A stretch of 63,552 nt of DNA. Source: a virus (lineage: Duplodnaviria > Caudoviricetes). The notes under the pieces are model-generated. The model was not told the origin of the DNA. It saw only the letters and a list, made by a program, of their open reading frames with translations, and made no database searches. Below are positions 45,787-55,386 of this stretch, in pieces; within the stretch, counting starts at the first letter, position 1; each line of letters opens with the position of its first letter. The stretch lies in the IMG/VR virus record IMGVR_UViG_3300037458_000177, positions 1 through 63,552 of that record; one strand, written 5' to 3'. The position numbers were made by a program, and so were the translations under genes.

Positions 45787-48686
45787 TGTTGATCCTTAAA
45801 TGCATTCCATTGGGCGAGTGTCTGCGCTCGCATTAGTTGACGTGTTTCCATAAGCACTCGGATTCGATCGGCCTTCTCCTGCTCTGGAATATTAGATGCA
45901 CGTACCGCATCAATAGCTTTATTGATCTTGCGATCATAACTTCTGACTTGCTTATCAAGACCCACACTAAGGCGCGGGCCTTGTTCCATCGGTAAGCCTT
46001 CATCGGTGATAACTTTATACCGTTTCTTGCCAAGACTCCATTCTCGTCGAGCTTCGCTGAATACACGCTGCGGGTAGTAGATCGCATCCTTGGTTTGCAG
46101 CGTAGGCATCAACGGGATATCAACCGCAGTCAGCGGATCACCGCGAAGAACTTTATCATTCCACGTAGCCATGCGATGCGCAGTTGTACCAAGCACGCCC
46201 GTATATTGGGTAAGATTATGCTTCAAAGATTCTGGTGTGAAATCTCCGAATTCACCAAAACTATCGTATAGAAGTTTCGACAAACTCTTATACATCTGGT
46301 CCGTGTTATCCCGACCCTGCATATATTTAGGCGTATCTTTATCTATATACGGATTCCAGATTTGAAGCCCTTGTGCTGTGGTATTAACTCTTGATTCCCA
46401 TATCGGGCGAGCCAGCGACGGAACTAGAGTCATACCGAACGCAGTCATTACACTTTCGGCATTGATCGAATCGCCGGGATCGGCAGGCGCGACAAAGGTA
46501 GTATTGTCCAGTGCAGTTTTTACAGCAGCAATGAATGCCTTGGTTTCTGTAGTATGCCCGAGCAGCAATCTTGCAGTAAGAATACCCGGCATGGCAAGTA
46601 CAGTCTCCATGCCTAGTGCACGGGGCAATACGTAGAGCGCACCGTTATCCCCTAATATGGGAATAACTGAGTTGCGGATCAGCGTATAATCATCTACCTT
46701 CTTCAGTTCATCTTCGCCATCGTCGCCTTCGCCGAGCACCATGTTGGCAAGCATGTATGCCATAGCAGTTGATCCTGCATACATGGCAGCAAGCGCGCCC
46801 ATCATGGCGGGATTTTCTGCGCGTAGAAATGTCTGGAACATACGGAACACGCCAGCCGCAGCGGGTCCGTAGAAGATATATGCGGTACGTAGCCACTCGC
46901 CATACTTACCACGATAGTTGAAGTTCATTAGATTCTTGACGTAGATCGCAGCAGTCTGCTCATCCATACGTCCAGATTCAACTATCGCCTTGAACAGTGC
47001 TACGCGGGTAGACAGATCAACGCCATTGATAAGCCCTTCGTAATACTCATTAGCTTTACTGAGCTTACCTTTTACGCCAGTCTGGCCGATAGCTGCCAAA
47101 TACATTTCATCCATCTTCTCGCGGATGGATTGGATATCCAGACTTTGCAGGAACGTACTCTCGCCGCCTAACGCAGAGAGTTTGTTCGCCCACTTGGCAT
47201 ACACCGAACCCTGCATTTCAAGCTGCTGCTTACCAAGATAATCTCTAGTATGATAGCCTAGCGCATCCTTAAAACCGCCAAAGGCTAGCACGTTTTGGAG
47301 ATACTTCTTGGAGATTCCAAAGTCGTACTTACCATCTTTATACCCGAGATCAAGCGTGCCATAGATAAGCTGGTTACGAAACTCACGGATGAAGTTCGTG
47401 TAGAATACCCACGGCGCATTGTACTTTGTCTTGAGATTGCCGATAGGGCGGATCGTATATTTATAGATTGAGTTAGCAATGTCACTCGTATGTAGCCACT
47501 GATTCTTCAGGCCGACAAATAGATCAGGGTCTTTGATCTCAATTACATGAGATACGTCACCTTCCTGTACTACAATCGTATTCGGCTTACGTGCAATACG
47601 CCCGCCGGGCGGACGCTTACCAAGAGAATCGTGCTTGATCGTAGTCGTGTTGTAGGTATCTATAACTTTGGCATTAGCCAGAGTCGGGCCATACATATCA
47701 ATGACGCCCTTGATCGCATGCGCAACCTCGGCTTCATAGAGTTTCTTACCCGAACGCAGTAGATCGAACTGAAGTTGTTCAATCATATCGTTGGAGAGTT
47801 TAGTCTTACCCTTCAACTCTTGGTCAGTATTGTCATTCAGATAGCCCGTGCTTTCCCAGACATCAAAGTCATCGAAGAAACTTTCCAGATCCTCTACCTG
47901 CGGAGACTTAAACGGCATGTAATGCTGCCAGCCCATATACCCACGCACGAAATCTTTGATCGGGCCATTAGCTCCCGACTGCGAACGCCGACGATTTAGC
48001 TCCTCACGAATCGCAGCAAACTTCTCATAGTGCTGCTCGTAGAACCGACCGTATTCAGGATTCATTGCGCCGAGATACATTTCCGCATCGGCCCAAGTTT
48101 GGCCTTCGTAGTCTAGTTGATCTTTGTATGCGCCAGATTCGCCTTCCTTAAAATACTTTACGGCATTATCTGGGTCGAGCAATTCCGCCCGCATTTCCAG
48201 AAGCTCTTGCAGTCTACGCTGATTCTCTTGGGGCGTATTCTTCGGCACAAGAATAGCGTATTCTTCGCGCCTTATACGAAGCAAGTCACGAAGCTCGTTA
48301 CCTTCTTTCGTAAAATGTTTAGCGGCAGACTTACGACGGATTAGAAACTCCTGCGTGCGTTCGATGATTTGAAGCATACGGATATGAGTAGATACGCCAG
48401 ACTTGAAATCTTTCCAGTCTTGCCCAAGCTCCGTGGCCCGATCAAACATGGCCTTATTCATAGGCTCAATATAAACTGCGATATCAGCATCCTGCTGGTT
48501 CGACGCTTTGCCTTGCACCGAATCATTTAGAACTTTAACATTTAGGTGCGCAGGTATAGGTATGCCAGTTAAAGCCGCAAGTCTATCTAGCCACGAATCA
48601 ATGCGCGCGGTACGATCTGAAAACAGCGTGGATGCATGATCCATCGCACGCCGAGCTTTCATATTAAGTGAACATGCAGTAGCCAT
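45783..48686 (-). CDS. Large internal virion (ejection) protein with LPD38-like C-terminal domain
   Basis: VKNLMNFNYRG...YIFYGPAAAG, P.LARPIWE...N, FTPE...H....YTG.LG motifs; TAATG coupling puts the start at 48686. Confidence 0.75.
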   Translation of the reverse strand: MATACSLNMKARRAMDHASTLFSDRTARIDSWLDRLAALTGIPIPAHLNVKVLNDSVQGKASNQQDADIAVYIEPMNKAMFDRATELGQDWKDFKSGVSTHIRMLQIIERTQEFLIRRKSAAKHFTKEGNELRDLLRIRREEYAILVPKNTPQENQRRLQELLEMRAELLDPDNAVKYFKEGESGAYKDQLDYEGQTWADAEMYLGAMNPEYGRFYEQHYEKFAAIREELNRRRSQSGANGPIKDFVRGYMGWQHYMPFKSPQVEDLESFFDDFDVWESTGYLNDNTDQELKGKTKLSNDMIEQLQFDLLRSGKKLYEAEVAHAIKGVIDMYGPTLANAKVIDTYNTTTIKHDSLGKRPPGGRIARKPNTIVVQEGDVSHVIEIKDPDLFVGLKNQWLHTSDIANSIYKYTIRPIGNLKTKYNAPWVFYTNFIREFRNQLIYGTLDLGYKDGKYDFGISKKYLQNVLAFGGFKDALGYHTRDYLGKQQLEMQGSVYAKWANKLSALGGESTFLQSLDIQSIREKMDEMYLAAIGQTGVKGKLSKANEYYEGLINGVDLSTRVALFKAIVESGRMDEQTAAIYVKNLMNFNYRGKYGEWLRTAYIFYGPAAAGVFRMFQTFLRAENPAMMGALAAMYAGSTAMAYMLANMVLGEGDDGEDELKKVDDYTLIRNSVIPILGDNGALYVLPRALGMETVLAMPGILTARLLLGHTTETKAFIAAVKTALDNTTFVAPADPGDSINAESVMTAFGMTLVPSLARPIWESRVNTTAQGLQIWNPYIDKDTPKYMQGRDNTDQMYKSLSKLLYDSFGEFGDFTPESLKHNLTQYTGVLGTTAHRMATWNDKVLRGDPLTAVDIPLMPTLQTKDAIYYPQRVFSEARREWSLGKKRYKVITDEGLPMEQGPRLSVGLDKQVRSYDRKINKAIDAVRASNIPEQEKADRIRVLMETRQLMRAQTLAQWNAFKDQQ

Positions 48687-51364
48687 TAGGTACACTCTAT
48701 CTGTGGGCCAGCAGCAGGAAAGTCTTTATTGTCGTCCAGCAGTTGCCACTGTTGCGGTACGTTAGGATTCTCAATGCCTTGAGCTTTTAGGCCAGCTTCG
48801 TGCTTTTTCCACCACCGATTAAATTCTGGAATCTCTTTACGCAAGATATCGGTTGGCGTTGTCGTATCAGCAAGCCATTCGCCTATTGTAATGTCGCTAC
48901 CGCCTGTAGGAAATCCTGCTCGGTCTTGGATTTTTCCGCTACTGATAGCATCTTTGCGAAGTCTTTCGCCGCTATCGAATCCTTCTCTTCCTTCGACAGC
49001 ATTAGATGCGTCCGTAGCGTTTCTCTGACGCTCTCCAGTACGTCGGGCGTTAGCTCCGGCATCTGCGACGCCGCCGCCTTCTCCCTCATGTATAGACTTC
49101 GCAGAGTTTTTTGTAGTGGATTCATTGTATTTGTCGCGGAGATCATTGAATAGCCCCTCATATTTTTTCAAGATTCTTGCGAGCTGAACTCGCATTTCGA
49201 TATCAAACCCATCAGCAGCTAGACGAGAATCAAGTTCGTGGAATTCCGAAACAAAATCAGTACCGTGATCTCGGTGGACAATATGGGTAAACTCATGCAC
49301 CATTGTATCATACAAGCCCTTAACAATGCTAGGCAAAGTTTGCCCTTTCACAGCCAAAGGATTTATGAACGACCCCTGCATTGGTACAATAATATTTACG
49401 CCGTGATATTGCTTGTCGATAGACACGCCGACAAAGTACGGCATCTTATCTTTTACAACACTGCGATTAAGTATGTCATACCCCCACAAGGAAGTACTCT
49501 GCGAAAGCTCGCCAATCTTATCTCGCACGGCAAGCATCGCGCTTCCCATTTCTGCAAAGAATACATCTGCAAGAGGATCGACGCTGCTGTAGTCTATGTT
49601 AGTGTTATTATGCAGTACGGGCAAGTCCGCGTCAATCCCGATATCAAGTAAGAAATCGGAAATCTTTGGAGCATCTACCGTTGTCTCCATACCAGAACTA
49701 TAGTTCTTTTCGCTTTCACGATCAACCATAGTCTCTGTAGTACCATCTTCATAGCGACCAGTAACTTTGCCGTTAGAGATATCGATACCTACCGGGATAG
49801 GAATGTCCGGCATTTCTTCTGGAGGTTTATTCTGTGGACGCTGGCGAATGAACGAATCCAGATCTACATTTCCAGAAATATCCATATCGATGCGCGGCAG
49901 TGCCCGCATATTTCTGAAGGTATCTACAACGCCCTCTGCTTCTCTGCCAGAAGCAACCCGCTTTAGATAGTCACTAAGAAGCCCTATGTCATCCTTTACG
50001 TTTGCCTTCCAACCTTCGCGCTTGATATCAAACGGATACGTAGGAGAGTCCGCTTTTACTGAAGGGCGTACATTGATGTAGATATCATATGGGATTTTCT
50101 CCCACCCCTTAATATTAAAAGCATGCTCAAACTGGTACACGCCCGAACTAAGAACGTAGTGCTGGGCAAGATAGGACTCTTTATGTCGAGACGTACCAAT
50201 GAAAATATCAGCTTGCCCCCATGAGAATGTAGCGGTAGTATGCTGGGTAAATCCCGACATATCTGCGTACTTGCCCATTGGCACAAAGGAACCCCGCTCC
50301 CATATGTCGGCATTTGGGTTGATGATAACTTCGGGGTCAAGTCGGAAAGACCGATTGAACGATATAGCTACCCGGCTATCAAGTAGTGGCTTCTTAAAGA
50401 ATTCAATAGCTGAAGCATTTGAGGGGAACCAAACATACTTCTCTTCTCCGTTCACCATAATCTTATCAGGAACTTTGACAATGATGACTGTTCCGTGGTC
50501 GGTTTTACCGACCGGAGTTTCTTCGATAGGGAAACCCTTGGAGAAGATATCTTCACTATTTACGCTAAACGTACTGTTCGTTCCACCACGTTGGGTATTG
50601 ACCCATATCCGTTCGTTACCAAGAAGAAACGCGGCTTTAGCCATACCAAAGCCACCACCGGCTGTCTCGCCTTTTGCAAGACCTGCTTTTTCTGTACCTG
50701 CAAGAGTCAAGAAAGCATTACGTATCGTGGCAGGAGTCATGCCCCTACCATTGTCTCGTATCGCGATCAGTCGGTTAGTCGGATCAATCAGAACATCAAT
50801 CCGGCCTTCTGCTTCTAGTCCTTCAGCAACAGATGCCCGTACTGCGTCAAACGAATTCTGGATAAGTTCTTTAACAGAAACGTCGGCAAGATTACCCGCA
50901 TACATTTGTGATCCGATAAGCTGAAGTAGCCTATCGAGGTTCGCATTTCCTTTAGCTCGCTTAGTTGCCATTAGACCCTGCCCAGCCTTAGCCGCTTTTT
51001 CAGCTTCAGCAAGTACAGTTTCCACAGTAGCGTATTCTTTCTTCGCCAGTAGATCAAGCGTAAACATATACTGTGGTATCGTAAGATCACCGCTAGAGTA
51101 CAAGTCTTTAGCGCGAGTGCGCAACTTTTGTACATCTTCCTTGGAGTAATCTTCCTCTACTGTTTCCCCAAGTTTAGTATCTACGTCGATAACTACTAGC
51201 TCACTCGGCGGCGTACTCTGTGCTTCGAGAACTTGGTCAATCGCATCTACAGTTTCGTCAGTTGTAGGAACTAGCGTAAGTCCCTGCAGTAATTCCGTTG
51301 TTTCTGGTTCCGGTATAGTTGGGGTCGGCCCTGAGCTAAGAAGTTCTTGCTCAGGGCTTACCGT
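48686..51364 (-). CDS. -1 frame extension of the upstream ejection protein: GHKL ATPase plus HExxH metallopeptidase (892 codons)
   Basis: Frame stays open 240 nt above the TTG at 51124, up to the slippery site; KELIQNSFDA, IRDNGRGM, GGGFGMAK; HEFTH..HRDHG..F. Confidence 0.8.
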   Translation of the reverse strand, partial: TVSPEQELLSSGPTPTIPEPETTELLQGLTLVPTTDETVDAIDQVLEAQSTPPSELVVIDVDTKLGETVEEDYSKEDVQKLRTRAKDLYSSGDLTIPQYMFTLDLLAKKEYATVETVLAEAEKAAKAGQGLMATKRAKGNANLDRLLQLIGSQMYAGNLADVSVKELIQNSFDAVRASVAEGLEAEGRIDVLIDPTNRLIAIRDNGRGMTPATIRNAFLTLAGTEKAGLAKGETAGGGFGMAKAAFLLGNERIWVNTQRGGTNSTFSVNSEDIFSKGFPIEETPVGKTDHGTVIIVKVPDKIMVNGEEKYVWFPSNASAIEFFKKPLLDSRVAISFNRSFRLDPEVIINPNADIWERGSFVPMGKYADMSGFTQHTTATFSWGQADIFIGTSRHKESYLAQHYVLSSGVYQFEHAFNIKGWEKIPYDIYINVRPSVKADSPTYPFDIKREGWKANVKDDIGLLSDYLKRVASGREAEGVVDTFRNMRALPRIDMDISGNVDLDSFIRQRPQNKPPEEMPDIPIPVGIDISNGKVTGRYEDGTTETMVDRESEKNYSSGMETTVDAPKISDFLLDIGIDADLPVLHNNTNIDYSSVDPLADVFFAEMGSAMLAVRDKIGELSQSTSLWGYDILNRSVVKDKMPYFVGVSIDKQYHGVNIIVPMQGSFINPLAVKGQTLPSIVKGLYDTMVHEFTHIVHRDHGTDFVSEFHELDSRLAADGFDIEMRVQLARILKKYEGLFNDLRDKYNESTTKNSAKSIHEGEGGGVADAGANARRTGERQRNATDASNAVEGREGFDSGERLRKDAISSGKIQDRAGFPTGGSDITIGEWLADTTTPTDILRKEIPEFNRWWKKHEAGLKAQGIENPNVPQQWQLLDDNKDFPAAGPQIECT

Positions 51365-51387
51365 TTTGGGGAGGCAAGTTTTCCTCC
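51328..51387 (-). other. Programmed -1 ribosomal frameshift signal
   Basis: GGAGG (51387-51383), 12 nt, C CCA AAA (51370-51364), 6 nt, GCCCTGAGC...GCTCAGGGC hairpin (51357-51328). Confidence 0.85.
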
Positions 51388-54057
51388 AACTCTAGTTTGA
51401 ACTTTAGTTCGGTTCCGCTTCGGTTTAGTTGTTTCCTGTTCCTGCATAAGAGTATCAGAATACTCTTGGTCGAATGGATCGACGTTTGGCGCAAACGCTT
51501 TAGCCTGATTAAGAATCTCTTGCGCCCGATCCAGCGATTGCGGAGTACCCTCATTTAACAGGCGTAAGAATTCTTTAGCCGCTTCTGGCTCAAGCGGCAA
51601 GTCCATATTAGGTTCGGCAGGTGCATTTACACCAACTTCTGAGCCGATACCGGGAGGACTGAATCTAGCGCGTTGATCTTCTGTAAGCCCTTGACCCAAT
51701 CCTAAATCTGGACCCAGCATGTTTGGCGGCTGACTAAACAGCTCACGTTCTGCTGGCGAAACGCCGAAGCCTAGATCATTGCCCGGTCCATTTATACCCT
51801 GCTGAATCCCGCGACGCTGTTGGTCGGTAAGCCCTTGGCCCAATCCTAGATCAGTACCAGTGCTGGGCATACTGCGCAGCACATTACGTTGCTGATCGCT
51901 GATCCCGAATCCAAGATCAGACGTATATGGTGAGATACCATAGGCGCGACTATAGTCTGCATCAACGCGCGTAAATTCATTATTTAGTGCAGTCTCAAGC
52001 GCACCCGGCTCCATACCTCTAGCAGTCGGTACAGTAACATATGTAGCCATATGTTCTGCGTAAGCACTTGCCTGTTCGTCAGACAAGCCGCGAATCTTAG
52101 CAGAGCGGAATGCGTAGTTGCGTATCGTATTGCGAATCTGAGTAGTAGCCGCTCGCCCTACCTCCATAGCAGCTTCTATTCTACCGAGAGTTTCTCTGGC
52201 AGATTTCTGCTCTTGCATCAGTACGTCAGATACTTCTTGGTCCGACCCATCAAATACAACTTCTGCAACTTTCTCCGCAATCTGCTCGGGCTTTTTTTCC
52301 GCAGTAGCCGCAGCTTTTTCAGCAGTTTCTATAGTAGCAAGTAATTCTCGAACTTGGGTAGCTACTTCAGCAATAGGCGGCGCTGCACCCGTAGTCTGAT
52401 TAGTAGCTACTTGTGCTGCCTGTTGTTGCTGTTCGGTAGGTGCACTAGCCGCAACAGGCGCGGCTGTGGGCGCAGTTGTAGCCGCTGCCGGGGTTACGGC
52501 TGGCTCACCAGTTGCCGCTGCTGTGGGCGTTCCTGCGGGCGCTGCCGTAGCCGCAGGCTGGGCAGTTTGACCCTGCTGACCCGCCAAAGATTGCTGTACG
52601 AAGCCGGGAATTGCCTGCATTAACTCAGGCGTACCCCGGATAGCAGGCATATTCTCTAGCTGCTTTGTCAACCAACCAGCAGGATCGGGTTTCTTTGGCG
52701 CAGCCGCAATCGCTACGTTAATAAGATTCTGTAGATCGGGAATCTTAGCTGCCCGTGCGGCAATAGGATTACCTGCGCCAGCAGCCGGGGGCGCATTTGG
52801 ATCAACAGGTTTAGGCGCGTTGGGATCAGCAGGCCCGCCACCGGGAATACCTGCAAGAGTACCAATTACGCCGCCAGTAACCATACCAACAACGCCTTGC
52901 TTTTGCGTAGCTGGGTCAGTAAACCTTTCTCCAAAGCTACGTTGGTCCCCCATAGCTGCGGCTTCACCAGCAGCTTGACCAGTTTCCTGTCCGTATTCTT
53001 GCCCAGCCTCAAGCCCACCAGCAGCAGGCACACGCTTATAGAAAGGAAGATTCTTGAGCGAAGGAATCTTACGGAGCGCAAGCGTATATTCTGCAATCGG
53101 GATAGTGCCTAATGCAGCAGCGGCCCATATCTCAGGCTGCTTGAGAACTTCAGCTCTAGCTTCCGCAGCTTTAGCTTCGTCGCCAGTATTTTGCAGTACC
53201 TGCTGATATACGCTATTCTGAATACCGCCAACTTCACCCAAAGACATTGTGCTGGCAATACCTGTAGCCTGCGCGCCAGCTTCAGTAACTTTGCGTAGGC
53301 CAGGAATCTTAGCAGCTTGCGCGCCGATCTTACTGGCAGCACCAGTAGCTGCCAGTAACTTAGCTGCGCCTTTTACGCCTAGTGAAGCGCCAAAGCCGCC
53401 GCCAAGAAACTCACCCCCAAAATAAGCCATAAGATCGGGGTTAGTTCCAATAAACTTGCCAACCTCAATCGCGCTGACGGTATCATCGTCAATCATCCTC
53501 TTTAATTCAGTAGCCCGCATTTTTACATCTTCGGGCGTAAATTCTTGCTTCAGACTTTCGCCGGCAGCAGAAATAGCTGGGCCGTATTTATCTGAGCCAA
53601 ACAAAGTCATCAAATCGCCGGGAAGTTTTACAAGTCCGCCCGCAGCGGCAGCCGCAGTAGTCTGCGCGAACTCTCCAACTTCACCGGCAGCCTTTCTGAA
53701 AGCACCTTGTTCTTTAGGCTTTTCCGGCGCTACTGGTTGTGCAGGCGCATTCGGATCGGGAGCAGGAACCCCGAGAATTTGGTCACGTACAGCTTTAGCC
53801 TGCGCTACTGCCGCCGGATCAGCCATAGGATCAGATATCAATTGGTTCAGCGCACCAAGATTCTTTGGACCCCAGCCACCAGCAGCAGTAGTATTTGTAG
53901 CAAGACGCTGTTCCCGCTGCATATCCATAAGGAACTTAGCATACTCACTCTTTGCTTGGGAATCGGCAGCGCGCTGATTTGCGTCGCGCAGCGCAAGGCT
54001 AGAACCGGGGTGCGTAAGAGCAACGCTATCTTCGGGAATACCATACGGATTAGCCAT
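51358..54057 (-). CDS. Large internal virion (ejection) protein, 899 aa; N-terminal half of a predicted 1790-aa frameshift fusion
   Basis: Ala/Gly-rich helical segments (EAGQEYGQE), Pro/Ala linker; lies among internal virion genes. Confidence 0.75.
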   Translation of the reverse strand: MANPYGIPEDSVALTHPGSSLALRDANQRAADSQAKSEYAKFLMDMQREQRLATNTTAAGGWGPKNLGALNQLISDPMADPAAVAQAKAVRDQILGVPAPDPNAPAQPVAPEKPKEQGAFRKAAGEVGEFAQTTAAAAAGGLVKLPGDLMTLFGSDKYGPAISAAGESLKQEFTPEDVKMRATELKRMIDDDTVSAIEVGKFIGTNPDLMAYFGGEFLGGGFGASLGVKGAAKLLAATGAASKIGAQAAKIPGLRKVTEAGAQATGIASTMSLGEVGGIQNSVYQQVLQNTGDEAKAAEARAEVLKQPEIWAAAALGTIPIAEYTLALRKIPSLKNLPFYKRVPAAGGLEAGQEYGQETGQAAGEAAAMGDQRSFGERFTDPATQKQGVVGMVTGGVIGTLAGIPGGGPADPNAPKPVDPNAPPAAGAGNPIAARAAKIPDLQNLINVAIAAAPKKPDPAGWLTKQLENMPAIRGTPELMQAIPGFVQQSLAGQQGQTAQPAATAAPAGTPTAAATGEPAVTPAAATTAPTAAPVAASAPTEQQQQAAQVATNQTTGAAPPIAEVATQVRELLATIETAEKAAATAEKKPEQIAEKVAEVVFDGSDQEVSDVLMQEQKSARETLGRIEAAMEVGRAATTQIRNTIRNYAFRSAKIRGLSDEQASAYAEHMATYVTVPTARGMEPGALETALNNEFTRVDADYSRAYGISPYTSDLGFGISDQQRNVLRSMPSTGTDLGLGQGLTDQQRRGIQQGINGPGNDLGFGVSPAERELFSQPPNMLGPDLGLGQGLTEDQRARFSPPGIGSEVGVNAPAEPNMDLPLEPEAAKEFLRLLNEGTPQSLDRAQEILNQAKAFAPNVDPFDQEYSDTLMQEQETTKPKRNRTKVQTRVGGKLASPKR

Positions 54058-54059
54058 GA

Positions 54060-54299
54060 TTACACCATATCAAAGATTTGTTCGATCATCGCGTCGAAGT
54101 TATCGACGGCCATTCGCTTATTAACTTTAAGCTCAGGAGTAAGTAGGCTCACTGGTCCGTCATCTGACGTAGTAAGCATAATATCAGAATGGAAGTCCGT
54201 GTGCTTGACTTCCAGAATCTTGGCATCAGCAGGATTAAAGAGAGAGCGATCTTTCGCCCTCGGCTTAGGTGCCATGTTATAGAACTTTTCTAGGTCCAT
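54060..54299 (-). CDS. Hypothetical protein
   Basis: 79 aa tightly packed in the operon. Confidence 0.6.
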   Translation of the reverse strand: MDLEKFYNMAPKPRAKDRSLFNPADAKILEVKHTDFHSDIMLTTSDDGPVSLLTPELKVNKRMAVDNFDAMIEQIFDMV

Positions 54300-54302
54300 A
54301 AC

Positions 54303-55385
54303 TTAGAATCCTACGAAGCCAAAGAGCTGCTGATACGCATCACGTACCTTAGTCGGATATTCAAGATTCTCTTGCCGCTTCTTCGGATCGCCGACTTTGG
54401 TAAGGTCCAAGTCCATGCGCCCGTTATAAGCGCGCAGCAACTGATCGATGTTATATGTGGGATACTTACGCTGCCGTTCGGCAAGTAGTTTATCTGCTAC
54501 GCCTACGCTGGCTTGCTGATTCTCCGGATCAAACATCGGCCCGCCATACATATCGAAGTTACCGGGCATGATCTGCATAAGCCCGCGCGCACCTTTAGGG
54601 CTTGTGGCATTTGGATTAAACCCAGATTCTGCTAGTGCGATTGCTGCGGTTGTCCCGAGCGGCAATCCACGCGCTTGATCTACTTCGATCATACGCTGCG
54701 CAATAGTTGGGTCAAGTCCACGCTCAACAATCTTCTGCGTTACAAATTCAGGAGTAAGATTTTCTGGCGCAAAAGTACCGTACCTATTAGCACGTTCGAC
54801 CATTCCCATATCTAGTTGTCCGTTGGTCGGCGCAGCATATCCGTAAATATTTGGAATATCAGTAATAGGCGCAATACCACCACTAGGGGGCGGCGGGGCA
54901 GAAGTTTGTGGGGCATCTACACCAAACCCGTTGGCTTTCATCCAAGCATCTAGCGCAGACTGCCCCGCATTATATTGCGAAGGCGGGTTCAAACCTTGCT
55001 GCTGGAACTGATCAGAAGTACCAAGAACTAGCCGAGCATTTAGATTGCCAGTACGCGGATCGCTAGCTTCGGCGCGAACTTCTTCGGCTTCGTCAAGTGT
55101 ACTAGTTCCATAACCGTAGTCAATAAGATTTTTTGCATTCTGTGCCTGATATTTGGTCCTATCGGCAGTAGTTTCATACGGCAAATTCGCGCCGCGAACT
55201 TGGTTGCCATAGCGCATATTGGTACCGATCTCGCCCATATATGCGTTATTAAGCTGCTTGCCCTGAACCTCAAGCGGGTTCATTAGCTTAGCTTGCTTCT
55301 GGGCTTCAATAATATTTTGAAAGTCAAGCTCATCTTTACGCCCGCGCGTAAACGAGTCATAGAAAGCAGGAAGTACCTGTGCCAT
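54303..55385 (-). CDS. Internal virion protein with SLT lytic transglycosylase domain
   Basis: AIALAESGFNPNATSPKGARGLMQIMP...LRAYNG; GGAG RBS before ATG at 55385. Confidence 0.9.
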   Translation of the reverse strand: MAQVLPAFYDSFTRGRKDELDFQNIIEAQKQAKLMNPLEVQGKQLNNAYMGEIGTNMRYGNQVRGANLPYETTADRTKYQAQNAKNLIDYGYGTSTLDEAEEVRAEASDPRTGNLNARLVLGTSDQFQQQGLNPPSQYNAGQSALDAWMKANGFGVDAPQTSAPPPPSGGIAPITDIPNIYGYAAPTNGQLDMGMVERANRYGTFAPENLTPEFVTQKIVERGLDPTIAQRMIEVDQARGLPLGTTAAIALAESGFNPNATSPKGARGLMQIMPGNFDMYGGPMFDPENQQASVGVADKLLAERQRKYPTYNIDQLLRAYNGRMDLDLTKVGDPKKRQENLEYPTKVRDAYQQLFGFVGF

Positions 55386-55386
55386 A

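Noticed and set aside
48680-48700. Second frameshift fusing the GHKL ORF to the LPD38-like ORF
   Set aside because: The junction is an ordinary TAATG stop-start overlap with no slippery heptamer or stimulator visible.
51122-51124. TTG at 51124 as an independent start of the GHKL ORF
   Set aside because: Weak start with only a distant AAGGA. It would leave ~230 nt unexplained in a tightly packed operon, whereas the frame is open and protein-like up to the slippery site. Not fully excluded.
51376-51387. GGA GGA AAA C as an alternative slippery site
   Set aside because: In frame it reads A GGA AAA, which does not fit X XXY YYZ, and it is too far from the hairpin; better explained as the internal SD.
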